DNA of 64,000 nt from Cenarchaeum sp. (GTDB taxonomy: Archaea; Thermoproteota; Nitrososphaeria; Nitrososphaerales; Nitrosopumilaceae): contig OZ243037.1 in the NCBI GenBank assembly GCA_965212015.1, positions 832,001 through 896,000 on the forward strand. The letters run 5' to 3'. Below, piece after piece: positions 18,832-29,146 of this stretch. The translations under genes and the position numbers were made by a program. The notes under the pieces were generated by a model. It saw only the letters and a list, made by a program, of their open reading frames with translations, was not told the DNA's origin and searched no databases. Within the stretch, counting starts at the first letter, position 1. The number at the start of each line of letters is the position of its first letter.

Positions 18832-19488
18832 TCAGACCATCGATTCTGCAAACTCGCCCATGGCCTTTTCCCAGTCTTTGGCCTTTACAATCCCGCTTGC
18901 CACGAGTATCCCCTTTGCCCCAAGCTCGCGCGCCTTTTTTACGTCACTGCCAGACACAATCCCCGCGCCGCACAGCAGCCTTGAGCGGTTTTTCGCCCCA
19001 CTTACTGCGGCTGCCGCCCTTTGAATCAGCTCCGGCCTCTCCCGGGAGACTGCCTTGCCTGACCCAATCAGCTCAGGCGGCTCTATTGCTATATAGTCCG
19101 GATTCAGCTTTGCGAATTTTTTTGCCTCCGCCACGTTTCTGACGCACAGAATAGAGATCATGCGCAGCCGCCGCAGCCGGGACACCAGGTTTTTGATCTC
19201 GCCGTATTCAATCCTGTGCTCGCTGTGGTTTATTATAGAGCCGCCTATCCCGGATTTTTTGAGCAGCTCTGGCACCACAAACCCCGTGGTGCTGCCGGTT
19301 TTTTTGTCGTCTGTATGCTGTGCAAGTATGACAAGCCCGCCGGATACCGCCTTTGCGGCAAGGTGCTGCGGCGGGGCAATTGCAATCTTGATTCCGTGCC
19401 TTTTTGATATCTTTTTTGCAATCCGCACAAGCCTGACAATCCCGTCGCCTGAAACCTCCTCATAGTTTTTGCAGTTAATCACAAACAA
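18832..19488 (-). CDS. tpiA: Triosephosphate isomerase (archaeal type)
   Basis: INCKNY, NHSEHR, IEPPELIGSG, LCGAGI, LVASG. Confidence 0.97.
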   Translation of the reverse strand: MFVINCKNYEEVSGDGIVRLVRIAKKISKRHGIKIAIAPPQHLAAKAVSGGLVILAQHTDDKKTGSTTGFVVPELLKKSGIGGSIINHSEHRIEYGEIKNLVSRLRRLRMISILCVRNVAEAKKFAKLNPDYIAIEPPELIGSGKAVSRERPELIQRAAAAVSGAKNRSRLLCGAGIVSGSDVKKARELGAKGILVASGIVKAKDWEKAMGEFAESMV

Positions 19489-19542
19489 GCCCGAATTGAG
19501 GCTGTGCCAGTCTGCTATTTATTGCTTGTACCGTATGTACGG

Positions 19543-19827
19543 TCACTGCGTCCGTACTCGGTCGTATCTGCGCTTCATGGCAAAGACTATCAGCATCAGC
19601 ACTATTGCGGCGACGTTTGTGCCTATTATATAGACGTCCATCACCTCCAGGCCGTAAATCAGCCACAGCAGCGCGCCGACTCCGATCAGTATCATCAGGT
19701 ACTTTGATACGTCCTTGAGGCTCTTTGTCCTGTAGCCCTTGGCTATCTGGTGCGCCCATCCGGACAGGATGAGGACGCCGGCGACTATTCCCAGTATTGT
19801 AAGCGAGACTCCCTCAAAGACCAACAT
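19543..19827 (-). CDS. SemiSWEET/PQ-loop family small transporter
   Basis: Three TM helices; QIAKGYRTKSLKDVS, LWLIYG, IIGTN. Confidence 0.85.
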   Translation of the reverse strand: MLVFEGVSLTILGIVAGVLILSGWAHQIAKGYRTKSLKDVSKYLMILIGVGALLWLIYGLEVMDVYIIGTNVAAIVLMLIVFAMKRRYDRVRTQ

Positions 19828-19830
19828 GCA

Positions 19831-22386
19831 TCACACATAGTCAAAGAACTGGTCCAGTCCCGTCTGTTTTGGCTTGCCCAGAATCTCGTCAAAGTCAAGG
19901 CCCATCGACGAGGTGATCTGATCAAGTGTCGACTCCATAAACTCCATGTATTTTTTCGCATCAATCTCGTCCTGGCGCGCCATCTCTACTGGCTTTACCC
20001 CAGGCTTGTTAATTATCTTGACGTATGAGATAATGTCCCCCTTTTTGATCTCCCGTACTGTCTCAAGCAGTCTGGCCGCCCTTATGTGCTGCGGCACGGT
20101 CTTTACATATTCGGCAGGCGCCTTGCTTATCATGACGTTAAATGCGAGCTGATCCAGCGGAATCTCCCTGGCCTCGAGCTTTTTGCCCCAGTGCGCAATC
20201 TTTGCACCTATCTGCCTTTTTGCCGAGTTAAAGTCGCTTTCGTTTTGCACCGTGGATAGCACGTCGACTAGCTCGTAGAACAGCGTCTTGATAAATGGCG
20301 GCGTGTGCGATTTCTTGCCGGTAAGGCCCTTTACGTCCACCTTGCCGGACTTTGTCACCCCGAGATAGTTCTTTTTTCTGTTGCTTAGCACCACGTACCT
20401 GTATTCCTTGTCCACCTCGAGCTCCACCTTGTGGTCTGCCTTTGCGTGCTCAATTATCCCCTGTATCTGCTGTTCGGTCGGGTTTTTGACGAACAGCGAG
20501 TCCGTGTCCCCGTACAGCACGTGAACCCGGCTTTGCTCGCACCGCTTTATCGTCTGCATGATGATGTACCTGCCAATGGCAGTAGTCGCCTCTGCGGCCG
20601 GCAGAAAGTACAGCGGGAATATCTCGGCGCCCATCACCCCATAGCTGGCGTTGAGGATTACCTTGAGTGCCTGGCTTACCACCGTATACTGCTGCCTCTG
20701 ATCCTCTGTAAGCGACTTGTTCTTTGAGAGGCTCTTGTAATAGTTTACCCGCAAGTCGCGCAGCGAGCCTATCAGCAGCGAGGTGAGGCCGTTTTTTTGC
20801 ACGCACGCCCAGTGGTTCGTGTCCGGGATTGTGTTTTTCCTGCATTCCTCGTGGACGCACCTTACTGTCTCGTACGAGAGGTTTCGCACCTTGATTATAC
20901 TGGGATACAGGCTTGCAAAGTCCATCACCGTCACATCAAAGTGTATGCCCTCCTCAGGCTCCACTACCAGGCCGCCGCGGTATTTCTTGTCCTTGATTAC
21001 GGCGTCATTGTGCACCCCCTGGGACTTTGCCTCCAGCTCGTCGCGCTTTGGAATCAGGGCGTTTCTCTGCCTGTGCTCATAGTACAGCATGCTCCGAATC
21101 CACTGCGAGACGCCCAGCCTGGATATGTCGTCAATTGGCATCTTTGCGATTCTCGTAATGACTACCAGCAGGTTCATGAGAATGTCGCCGTTAAAGGTGG
21201 TCAGCTTGTGCGTCAGGCGGGCGTCGTTATAGCAATAGTTGGCAGTCTGGTACAGGTTCAGATCGTCGAGCTTTATCCCATAGTCTATCTTTTGCTCGCC
21301 GAGCAGCGCCTTGCTGACGCTGTTGAGCGAAAAGTCAGAGTATTTTGCGCTAAACGCATAGATCTGAAACGACCGGTTCGAGAGCGTCCTGTACAGGTCG
21401 ATGTGGACGCCGTGCTTTAGCGTCGCCGAGTCGCGCATCATGTACAGCGGATTGTCGGCGTCTGCGATTCCCAGCTTGCGCGCGCGGTTGTATATGTACG
21501 GCATGTCAAAGTCGTCTCCGTTATACGTAAGCACGAACGGGAACTGTTCTATCACCCCGAGGGCGTCCCGGATCATGTCCTTTTCTCTGTCCTCTGCATA
21601 AAACACCACGTCTATGTCCGCCTCGAGCTCGTTTGTCCCCTCTTTTGCGCCTGCCCTCCTCAGCACGAATATGCGCTTAAAGCCGTCAGAGCCGTCAAAG
21701 CCCACCGCAGTTATCCTTTTTTCTGCGAGCTTTGGATCCGGGATTCTCCCTATCTCTGATTCCACCTCTATGTCAAAGCTCATCCTCTTGAGCTTTGGGA
21801 TGGGCTGGTTGAGCAGCTCCGCCCACTCAGATGTGTACTGCCGGAACTGCTCTGCGTTTACAATGTCGTCGTTTGAAATCTTGTCCCACAGCAGCTCCTT
21901 TAGGAGCGTCCTTACCTCGTCGGATATCGCCATGTCGCGCTGCGTTATCCTGCCGTCTTGCACCTCGTAGTACCTGCCGACGGTAAGCGACGCGTCATAC
22001 AGATAGTTTTCATAGTACTTTATGTCAGACTCCCACGTCTCTATCTGGTTGCGTATGCTCCTGTCAGTCTGCGTCCCGCCGATTGCCAGCGGATCGGAGG
22101 CGGTAATCTTTGAGACGGTAATCTCTTTGTCCTGTAAAAGGTCGTGCTTTTTTACGCGCTCGATTTTGAGCACGTCGTCTCGCTCGTTTAGAAACTCCAG
22201 CTCGCCGGAATCCAGCTTGGAATAGCAGTACGGCATGTGTCCGGTCTCGTCTGCCCACAGTATGATTTTTTGCGACTCGGTGTCGTAGAACTTTAGGACC
22301 GCGACTTTTTTCTTGCCGTCGTATGCGGCAGATATCAGCAGCGACGGCGGTACCGACGTCTTTGCGCTGGCAGTCCGGCTCTGCAT
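19831..22386 (-). CDS. polB: Family B DNA polymerase
   Basis: DIEVE, YNGDDFD, DFASLYPS, KVILNASYG, YGDTDS, KKNY; no intein. Confidence 0.98.
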   Translation of the reverse strand: MQSRTASAKTSVPPSLLISAAYDGKKKVAVLKFYDTESQKIILWADETGHMPYCYSKLDSGELEFLNERDDVLKIERVKKHDLLQDKEITVSKITASDPLAIGGTQTDRSIRNQIETWESDIKYYENYLYDASLTVGRYYEVQDGRITQRDMAISDEVRTLLKELLWDKISNDDIVNAEQFRQYTSEWAELLNQPIPKLKRMSFDIEVESEIGRIPDPKLAEKRITAVGFDGSDGFKRIFVLRRAGAKEGTNELEADIDVVFYAEDREKDMIRDALGVIEQFPFVLTYNGDDFDMPYIYNRARKLGIADADNPLYMMRDSATLKHGVHIDLYRTLSNRSFQIYAFSAKYSDFSLNSVSKALLGEQKIDYGIKLDDLNLYQTANYCYNDARLTHKLTTFNGDILMNLLVVITRIAKMPIDDISRLGVSQWIRSMLYYEHRQRNALIPKRDELEAKSQGVHNDAVIKDKKYRGGLVVEPEEGIHFDVTVMDFASLYPSIIKVRNLSYETVRCVHEECRKNTIPDTNHWACVQKNGLTSLLIGSLRDLRVNYYKSLSKNKSLTEDQRQQYTVVSQALKVILNASYGVMGAEIFPLYFLPAAEATTAIGRYIIMQTIKRCEQSRVHVLYGDTDSLFVKNPTEQQIQGIIEHAKADHKVELEVDKEYRYVVLSNRKKNYLGVTKSGKVDVKGLTGKKSHTPPFIKTLFYELVDVLSTVQNESDFNSAKRQIGAKIAHWGKKLEAREIPLDQLAFNVMISKAPAEYVKTVPQHIRAARLLETVREIKKGDIISYVKIINKPGVKPVEMARQDEIDAKKYMEFMESTLDQITSSMGLDFDEILGKPKQTGLDQFFDYV

Positions 22387-22394
22387 CAGAACAC

Positions 22395-22931
22395 CTATTT
22401 TGGGGCTACCCGCGCGTCGTATCCGTCAAGCAGCTTTTTTGCCCAGCGCGAGATCTTTTTGCGCTCCAGCGTGACCAGGTCCACCCCCGCCTCTGCGAGC
22501 AGGTCATAGTCAGTCTCAGGATATGTATCCAGACAGACGAATCTTTTTATCCCGATGGTAATGGCCATCTTTGTGCATTCTAGGCACGGCACAAGCGTGG
22601 TATACAGGGTGGCGTCCTTTGTGCCGGCCTCTATTCCCAGTATCGCGCAGTGCATTATGGCATTGGCCTCGGCGTGGTTGCAGACACACCTGTCTAGGGC
22701 CTCGCCGGACTCTAGCCTGCCTTGCATGCGCCTCTGGCACCTCTCGCAGCCGCCCTCAAAACAGTTCCTGATTCCAGGCGGGGTGCCGTTGTATCCGGTT
22801 GCCAGCTGCCTGTGGTTGTGCACTATTACTGCCCCGACCTGCTTTGTGATGCAGTTTGAGCGAAGCTTTGCCAGCTCTGCCTGCAGCATAAAGTACTCGT
22901 CCCAGCCGGGACGCTCGTGGGGTTGGCTCAC
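22395..22931 (-). CDS. dCMP deaminase
   Basis: WDEYFM, GYNGTP, HAEANA, PCLEC. Confidence 0.95.
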   Translation of the reverse strand: MSQPHERPGWDEYFMLQAELAKLRSNCITKQVGAVIVHNHRQLATGYNGTPPGIRNCFEGGCERCQRRMQGRLESGEALDRCVCNHAEANAIMHCAILGIEAGTKDATLYTTLVPCLECTKMAITIGIKRFVCLDTYPETDYDLLAEAGVDLVTLERKKISRWAKKLLDGYDARVAPK

Positions 22932-23026
22932 ACAGCCAAGATGGCCCGCCTGTAATATATTGATATTTGAGCAATAGCTAACAATCCGTCACATAAAGCC
23001 ATAAAATCAATGCCTGCGGTGAGTGT

Positions 23027-24514
23027 ATGGCATTGGACGTCAGATATCTGGAGGGAAAGTTCATCGCAAAGGACACAGTGGAGCTGCGCGACTATCAGGT
23101 CAACCTGGCAGACCAGGCAAAGCAGAAAAACTGCGTAATAGTGCTGCCCACCGGGCTGGGCAAGACCGTGGTGGCCCTGCACGTGATTGCCGAATTCCTG
23201 CAAAGGGGCATGGGCGTGCTGTTTCTGGCCCCGACGCGCGTGCTGGTCAACCAGCACCATACGTTTCTCAAAAACTCCCTCACCATAGGCGACATTGCCC
23301 TGATTACTGGCGAGGACACCATTGCAAGGCGCAAAAAGCTCTGGAACAGCAGCATAGTGTGCGCCACGCCGGAGATTGTAAAGAACGATCTAGACAGGCA
23401 GCTCGTCGCACCCGAGCAGTTCGGTTTGGTGATATTCGACGAGGTCCACAGGACTGCAGGCAACTATGCATATTCCGCAATAGCAGAGCGCCTCCCCGAG
23501 GGCGCCCATATTGTGGGAATGACTGCGACGCTTCCAAGCGAGAGGGAAAAGGCAAAGGAGATCATGGGCAAGCTCGGCATACGCGACATTGCACAGAGAA
23601 CAGAGGAGGACGCAGACGTAAAGCCGTACATACAGGATACGGAAACGCAGTGGATAAACGTAGAGCTGCCCGGCGAGCTAAAGGAGATCCAGGCGCTTGT
23701 AAAGCTGGCCCTCGACGAGCGGTACGAGGCGCTGCAAAAAAAAGGCGCCAGGGTCACAGACAGGTCGCTTTCTGCCCTGCTGCGGATGAGAGTGTACGTG
23801 CTAAACCAGAACCGCTATGCAGCAAAGCCGCTTTTTACCGCAATCAGGATCACATACGCGCTGAACATACTCGAGGCGCACGGAATCACGCCGTTTTTAA
23901 AGTTCTGCGAGCGGACATCAAAGAAAAAAGGCGCCGGCACAAGGGAGCTCTTTGAGCAGGATCCGAACTTTACAAGGGCAGTCCGTCTTGCAAAGGCCGC
24001 CCAGGCCGGGGGAATAGAGCACTCAAAGATGCCGGTGCTAGAAGAGATTGTGCAAAAAAACGACGGAAGGACGCTGGTGTTTTCTAGCTATCGCGACTCT
24101 GTGGACGTTATCCGCTCAAGGCTGGTGCGGCTGGGCGTTCCGGCCGGAATCCTGATTGGCAAGGCGGGACAGACCGGCCTGAAGCAAAGGCAGCAAGTCG
24201 AGGCCGTAGAAAAGTTCAGGGACGGAACATACAGGGTGCTGATTGCAACCAGGGTCGGCGAGGAGGGGCTGGACATATCGGAGGTGAACCTGGTGGTCTT
24301 TTACGACAATGTTCCAAGCTCGATTCGCCACGTACAGAGAAGGGGCAGGACCGGAAGGCGCAAGGCAGGCAGGCTAGTGGTGCTAATCGCAAAGGGCACC
24401 ATAGACGAGAGATATTACTGGATAGGAAAGCGCAAGATCAGCAGCGCGCGCGGCATGGGGGAGCAGATGAGCCGCATAATACAAGAGCCGGCGGGCCTTG
24501 ACGAATATAGCTAG
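23027..24514 (+). CDS. Hef/FANCM-like SF2 helicase (no nuclease domain)
   Basis: LPTGLGKT, DEVH, TAT, GEEGLD, QRRGRTGR. Confidence 0.93.
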   Translation: MALDVRYLEGKFIAKDTVELRDYQVNLADQAKQKNCVIVLPTGLGKTVVALHVIAEFLQRGMGVLFLAPTRVLVNQHHTFLKNSLTIGDIALITGEDTIARRKKLWNSSIVCATPEIVKNDLDRQLVAPEQFGLVIFDEVHRTAGNYAYSAIAERLPEGAHIVGMTATLPSEREKAKEIMGKLGIRDIAQRTEEDADVKPYIQDTETQWINVELPGELKEIQALVKLALDERYEALQKKGARVTDRSLSALLRMRVYVLNQNRYAAKPLFTAIRITYALNILEAHGITPFLKFCERTSKKKGAGTRELFEQDPNFTRAVRLAKAAQAGGIEHSKMPVLEEIVQKNDGRTLVFSSYRDSVDVIRSRLVRLGVPAGILIGKAGQTGLKQRQQVEAVEKFRDGTYRVLIATRVGEEGLDISEVNLVVFYDNVPSSIRHVQRRGRTGRRKAGRLVVLIAKGTIDERYYWIGKRKISSARGMGEQMSRIIQEPAGLDEYS

Positions 24515-24783
24515 CCGTAGCGCTTTATCACGTGGTATCCAAACTCCGACTTTGCCACGACGGCCTCGCCCACCTGCAGTCCGAATGCGGCCTGCTCAAA
24601 GGGCTTTACCATCACTCCCCGGCCGAAATATCCTAGGTTGCCGCCGCGCTTTGCGCTAGGCGAGTCAATTGACAATTCCGCAAGCTTTGCAAACTTTTCG
24701 CCGGATTTTAGGCGCTCCAGTATGGCAAGGGCCTCGCCCTGCTTTTTGACCAGTATGTGGGAGCACTTTATCTTGTTTGCCAT
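24511..24783 (-). CDS. Parvulin-type peptidyl-prolyl isomerase
   Basis: HILV, GGNLGYF, MVKPFE, SEFGYHVI. Confidence 0.96.
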   Translation of the reverse strand: MANKIKCSHILVKKQGEALAILERLKSGEKFAKLAELSIDSPSAKRGGNLGYFGRGVMVKPFEQAAFGLQVGEAVVAKSEFGYHVIKRYG

Positions 24784-24825
24784 GCCTTTGGCACGGAATG
24801 TTTTCTATAAATTGTTAGTGCGGCA

Positions 24826-25107
24826 TTACTTGAATATCCGTCCCCTTATCTGCGGGATTTTTCCGTATATCATGTCCCTTACCTTGAGCTGATCCTCGAC
24901 TGACGGGGACTTTTTCTGGCCGGTCAGGACCGCGCTTCCCATGCCCAGGGCCATTCCCATTATCAGCCCGTATACGAACTCTTTTGGATCGCCTACGTGC
25001 AGGGCGTCCTTGTTCTGGGCAATCTGCTCGAGCTGCTCGGGGATGGTGGATACTGCCGCATCAATGGTCTGATCAATTATCGCCTCAAGTGCCGCATCGT
25101 CGTCCAT
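24826..25107 (-). CDS. Hypothetical protein
   Basis: 93-aa ORF with EFVYGLIMGMALG. Confidence 0.7.
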   Translation of the reverse strand: MDDDAALEAIIDQTIDAAVSTIPEQLEQIAQNKDALHVGDPKEFVYGLIMGMALGMGSAVLTGQKKSPSVEDQLKVRDMIYGKIPQIRGRIFK

Positions 25108-25179
25108 GGCACCACACAGAGGCGGCAGGTAATAAACATTAAAGCTAGATTTTTAATTGAGCGGGATTTTCAGCTGTAT

Positions 25180-25572
25180 GTGTTTTCATATTTCACGATA
25201 AAGAGCGCAAACCGGATTCTCCCCGACGTGATCAGGCGCTACGAGCGGGTCACGTCATGCAAGAGCGGCGTCATGCGCGCAGAAAAGCAGGTGCAGCTCT
25301 GCACGTCGGGCATCAAGGAATACGCGGAGCTAAAGCAGCAGCTCAACTCCAAAATCACCGAGTTTTACCGCGCAATCGAGGAGCTAGAGGCCACGGGCGC
25401 AGTCCTCAAGAGCGTCGATGGGGGACTGCTGGACTTTCCGGCAAAGCGCTTTGAGGACGAGATATGGCTGTGCTGGAAGGCAGGCGAGACGGAGATAAAG
25501 TTCTGGCACGAAAGGGACTCGGGGTTTGGCGGGAGAAAGCCCATCGAGATAAGCGACGAGACGCTAGTGTAA
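25180..25572 (+). CDS. DUF2203-family protein
   Basis: FTIKSANRILP...GLLDFP...LCWKAGE...FWH....GFGGRKPI; GTG start. Confidence 0.88.
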   Translation: MFSYFTIKSANRILPDVIRRYERVTSCKSGVMRAEKQVQLCTSGIKEYAELKQQLNSKITEFYRAIEELEATGAVLKSVDGGLLDFPAKRFEDEIWLCWKAGETEIKFWHERDSGFGGRKPIEISDETLV

Positions 25573-26469
25573 ATGCTCTCCGTCTGGCTTCGCGCAATAC
25601 GACTGCGGTTCCTGCTTGCATCCGTGGTGGCCGTCTCTGCCGGCCTTGCCATAAACTGGTGGCAGAACCACTCAATTGACATACCCGCCGCAGCACTCAC
25701 GATGTGCGGGGTGCTTGCCTTGCATGCCAGCGTTGATCTGCTAAACGACTATTGGGATTTCAGGCGCGGCATCGATGCGGCCACAAGGAGGACAAAGATG
25801 AGCGGCGGCACGGGCGTCCTGCCAGAGGGGCTGCTGAGGCCAGAGCAGGTGTACCGTGCAGGAATCGCGTTTTTGATCCTCGGCGGTGTGATCGGGGGCT
25901 ATTTCATATTCACCGACGGGATAGCAATCGCTGCGATACTGGGCTTTGCCATTCTGTCCATCTATTTTTATTCCACAAGAATCGTGGACTCGGGGCTGGC
26001 AGAGGTCTTTGTGGCAGCAAAGGGCGCGTTGATACTAGTCGGGGCGCACCTCATACAGGGCGGCGGCATTACCGCCGAGTCCGCCCTTGCCGGCGCCGCA
26101 GTGGGCGCGCTCTCCTCGCTGGTGCTCTTTGTCACGTCGTTTCCGGACTATACGGCAGACAGGGCGGGGGGAAGAAGGACGCTGGTAATAGTCATCGGAA
26201 GGCAGAGGGCCTCGCGCGTCTTTTGGGCATTTCCCGCGGCTGCATACGGGCTGATTCTCTCAGGCATTGCAGCCGGGATGTTTCCCGCATTTGTCCTAGT
26301 CACGCTGTGCGCGATTCCGCTGCTGGTAAAGTCCGGGGCAAGCCTCAGAATCCACCACAGCGATCCGGAGGGACTGCTTGCCGCAATGTCAGGCACGCTC
26401 TGGTTCAGCAGGGTTACAGGCGCGCTCCTTGTTGCCGGGTTTTTGATTCCCGCCTTTATTTACACATAA
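25573..26469 (+). CDS. menA: UbiA/MenA-family prenyltransferase
   Basis: LRAIR, NDYWDFRRGID, PDYTADRAGGRRTL; multiple TM helices. Confidence 0.85.
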   Translation: MLSVWLRAIRLRFLLASVVAVSAGLAINWWQNHSIDIPAAALTMCGVLALHASVDLLNDYWDFRRGIDAATRRTKMSGGTGVLPEGLLRPEQVYRAGIAFLILGGVIGGYFIFTDGIAIAAILGFAILSIYFYSTRIVDSGLAEVFVAAKGALILVGAHLIQGGGITAESALAGAAVGALSSLVLFVTSFPDYTADRAGGRRTLVIVIGRQRASRVFWAFPAAAYGLILSGIAAGMFPAFVLVTLCAIPLLVKSGASLRIHHSDPEGLLAAMSGTLWFSRVTGALLVAGFLIPAFIYT

Positions 26470-26494
26470 ATTTAGCGCGGAATTCACACCAGCC

Positions 26495-27595
26495 ATGATT
26501 GCAGGCAGCGCCACGGGCGAGGGGACGGCAAGGTTTGCCAAAGAGTCGGGCATACCGCAGGAGAACTACAAGAATGCGGCGGGCCTGACGCTCTCAAACG
26601 TGGGCATTGGCACGTACCTCGGCGAGCCGGACTCGCAGACAGACGCGCAGGTAATTGACGCCATAAAGAGGTCCGTTGCCGCAGGAATCAACGTAATTGA
26701 CACTGCGATAAACTATCGCGCGCAAAGGGCAGAGCGCGCAGTGGGCGGTGCGATATCAGAGATGGTCGCAGACGGGGCAGTCTCGCGCGACCAGATCTTT
26801 GTCGCCACAAAAAACGGCTATGTCACAAACGACGCCGAAATCCCGGGGGATTTCTGGGGGTACATAAACAAGGAATACATCCAAAAGGGGATAATCCAAG
26901 AGGGCGAAATCTCTGCTGGCTATCACTGCATGGCCATTCCGTACCTTGAGGATCAGCTCGGCAGGAGCTTGAAAAACCTGAGTCTGGAGTGCATAGACCT
27001 GATATACATCCACAACGCCATGGAGGGCCAAAAGGACATGCCGAGGGGCGAGTTTTTAGAAAGACTCGCGCGCGTCTTTGAGATGTACGAGCGCAAGCGC
27101 AAGGAGGGGGTCATACGCAGCTACGGCATGGCCACATGGGAGTGCCTCAGGGTGGCAAGGGACAACCCGCAGTACCTGTCCCTAGAGGAGCTAGTCGGCA
27201 TGGCGCAAAGCGCCGGCGGCGGGGATCACGGCTTTGGGTTTGTCCAGCTTCCCTTCAACCTGTATTACGACCAGGCCATGATGCTCAAAAACCAGCCAGT
27301 CGGCGGCGCAGAATCGTCGGTCCTTGAGGCGGCAGCAAAGCTTGGAATAGGCGTCTTTACAAGCGTGCCGTTCATGCAGGGAAGGCTGCTGCAGCCAGGG
27401 GCGATGCCAGAGTTCTCCGATCACAGCCCGGCAGTCAGGGCGCTGCAGTTCATCAGGTCCGCGCCTGGCGTCCTTGCGCCGCTTGCGGGCCAAAAGACAA
27501 GGGAGCACACAGAGGAGAACCTCGCAGTCATGAACATCCCGCCCGTGCCGCAAGACGAGTTTGCCAAAATGGTGGCAAAGCTGACGCACGGCTGA
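26495..27595 (+). CDS. Aldo/keto reductase
   Basis: GIGTYLG, IDTAINY, TKNG, DLIYIHN, QLPFN. Confidence 0.92.
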   Translation: MIAGSATGEGTARFAKESGIPQENYKNAAGLTLSNVGIGTYLGEPDSQTDAQVIDAIKRSVAAGINVIDTAINYRAQRAERAVGGAISEMVADGAVSRDQIFVATKNGYVTNDAEIPGDFWGYINKEYIQKGIIQEGEISAGYHCMAIPYLEDQLGRSLKNLSLECIDLIYIHNAMEGQKDMPRGEFLERLARVFEMYERKRKEGVIRSYGMATWECLRVARDNPQYLSLEELVGMAQSAGGGDHGFGFVQLPFNLYYDQAMMLKNQPVGGAESSVLEAAAKLGIGVFTSVPFMQGRLLQPGAMPEFSDHSPAVRALQFIRSAPGVLAPLAGQKTREHTEENLAVMNIPPVPQDEFAKMVAKLTHG

Positions 27596-27636
27596 GCTGC
27601 CATATTTATAAATAGAAACGGCCGGCACCCAAGGGC

Positions 27637-27783
27637 GTGCCAGTGGATCCAGTGTGCGGAATCGAGCTAGACGAGGACCTTGCCGTAATCCACGAGCATG
27701 ACGGGAAAAAGTACTATTTTTGCTGCAACGGATGCAGAAGGGTGTTCAAGAAAAAGCCAAAAAAATGGAAGAACAGATCCTAG
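27637..27783 (+). CDS. YHS/TRASH-domain metal-binding microprotein (48 aa)
   Basis: MPVDPVCGIEL...HDGKKYYFCCNGCRRVF; TTTATAAA box upstream; missed by the ORF track. Confidence 0.88.
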   Translation: MPVDPVCGIELDEDLAVIHEHDGKKYYFCCNGCRRVFKKKPKKWKNRS

Positions 27784-28718
27784 ATCGGCCAGGATCCGCA
27801 CATGCGGCAGAACCGGGAATCCTCATCCACCGGGCTTTTGCAGTACGGGCATGCGCTGTCTGTCCCCGCCTCCAGCTTGTGATGCCTGCAAAACACGTCG
27901 TAATAGTGCATTGATTCCTTTGTCCGCAGCGTGACGCCGTCATTTCTGGCAATCTCTTTTTTTCTTGCGTCAAACTCGTCATCAGGCATTACGGAGTCAA
28001 ACAGCGCCGTAAGCCCGCTTGTGCCAGAGCCGTCCTGCATGGCGGACTTTGTCCTCCATGCTATCTTTTTTGGTATGTGATCCTCAAAGGCCTTGCGCAG
28101 GATCCACTTTCCGTACATGACCCCGCCCTCGGATCCCACCTTGTGGCGCATCGGGATGGACCCTGCCAGCTCGGGGACCATTCCGGAGAGAAACGGGGAC
28201 TCTATGCGCACGCCCAAGCTCCTGCCGATCTTGTGCGAGGAAAAATGCATCGCATCGCGGATCCTTTTTTGCAGGCCCTCAAGCTCCGATTCTGGCTTTG
28301 TCAGAAAAAAGTTGTATCCCGCAAACAGCTCGTCGGCCCCGTCGCCGGTTATCAGGCCCCTTGCCCCGCGCCTCTTGGCGTGCTCTATTGCAATGTACAT
28401 TACTACCGAGTTTCTGACCTCGATGTCGTTAAAGTTGCCCAGGATTCGGATGGTCTTTTCTACTGCGTCAAGTATCCTGGCAGTAGACGCGCTCTGGATG
28501 TCAAGCGGGATTCCAAGGTTCCCTGAGATCATCTGGCAGTAAACAAGGTCGGAGGCGACAAAATCTTCTGCAATCACGGCCAGCGCCGCGGGCTTTTTTT
28601 CCCGCATGAGGTGGGCGATAATCGAGCTGTCCAGGCCGCCGGACAGGGCCAGGTATTCGGACCGGCACGACAGGACCGAGTCTTTTAGCGCCTGATACAG
28701 GCGATGCGTTTCCAACAC
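27780..28718 (-). CDS. Asparagine synthase-like ATP pyrophosphatase domain protein
   Basis: LSGGLDSS, TGDGADELFAGY, GKWILRKAF, C-terminal zinc ribbon; the ORF-track extension to 28892 lies inside the RNase P RNA. Confidence 0.88.
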   Translation of the reverse strand: MLETHRLYQALKDSVLSCRSEYLALSGGLDSSIIAHLMREKKPAALAVIAEDFVASDLVYCQMISGNLGIPLDIQSASTARILDAVEKTIRILGNFNDIEVRNSVVMYIAIEHAKRRGARGLITGDGADELFAGYNFFLTKPESELEGLQKRIRDAMHFSSHKIGRSLGVRIESPFLSGMVPELAGSIPMRHKVGSEGGVMYGKWILRKAFEDHIPKKIAWRTKSAMQDGSGTSGLTALFDSVMPDDEFDARKKEIARNDGVTLRTKESMHYYDVFCRHHKLEAGTDSACPYCKSPVDEDSRFCRMCGSWPI

Positions 28719-28768
28719 GGCAGGGTACGGCCTGCAGTTATAATACCTTGGCGGATAAAAAAAAGGGC

Positions 28769-29060
28769 GCGTGTCAGGAGTAACCCTCCTTTTGTTTTCA
28801 CGATATTGCGCTTTGCGGCATACCTGAGCCAGTACAGGAACTGTCGGCTCCGTTTTGCCTTTCTCCATGCGGGACAGACTTTTCATTCCCATCTTGGAAA
28901 CCTCAGGCGTAAGCCATCACTGTGCGCTCCAAGTCGGATTTTTTTTCTGTTCTGTTGCCGGCCATCTCTGACCATCTATCTCCAGATCGCATCTTCCTGT
29001 TCGGAGGGAGGAGTTTCCTCTGCCGTAGCAGCGTGTCGTGCTCTGACTCGCAAGACACGT
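28769..29060 (-). ncRNA. rnpB: RNase P RNA
   Basis: Minus strand: GAGGAAACTCCTCC (CR-I, beginning at 29020), GCAACAGAA, 3' AACAAAAGGAGGGTTA (CR-V, P4 partner), P1 CGTGTC/GACACG. Confidence 0.92.
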
Positions 29061-29146
29061 GCAGGCGGGGGCACATTTGAGTTTTACGGACAGCCGCGCA
29101 AAGCGTGACGCATACTTTAAATTCTTACCGCCACACTCGGGAAGTA

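Noticed and set aside
907-22386. Inteins in RFC or PolB
   Set aside because: Normal lengths, contiguous motifs and no intein signatures
28809-29105. Inverted repeat CGCTTTGCG/CGCAAAGCG around RNase P
   Set aside because: One arm probably lies upstream of the transcript start; likely coincidental
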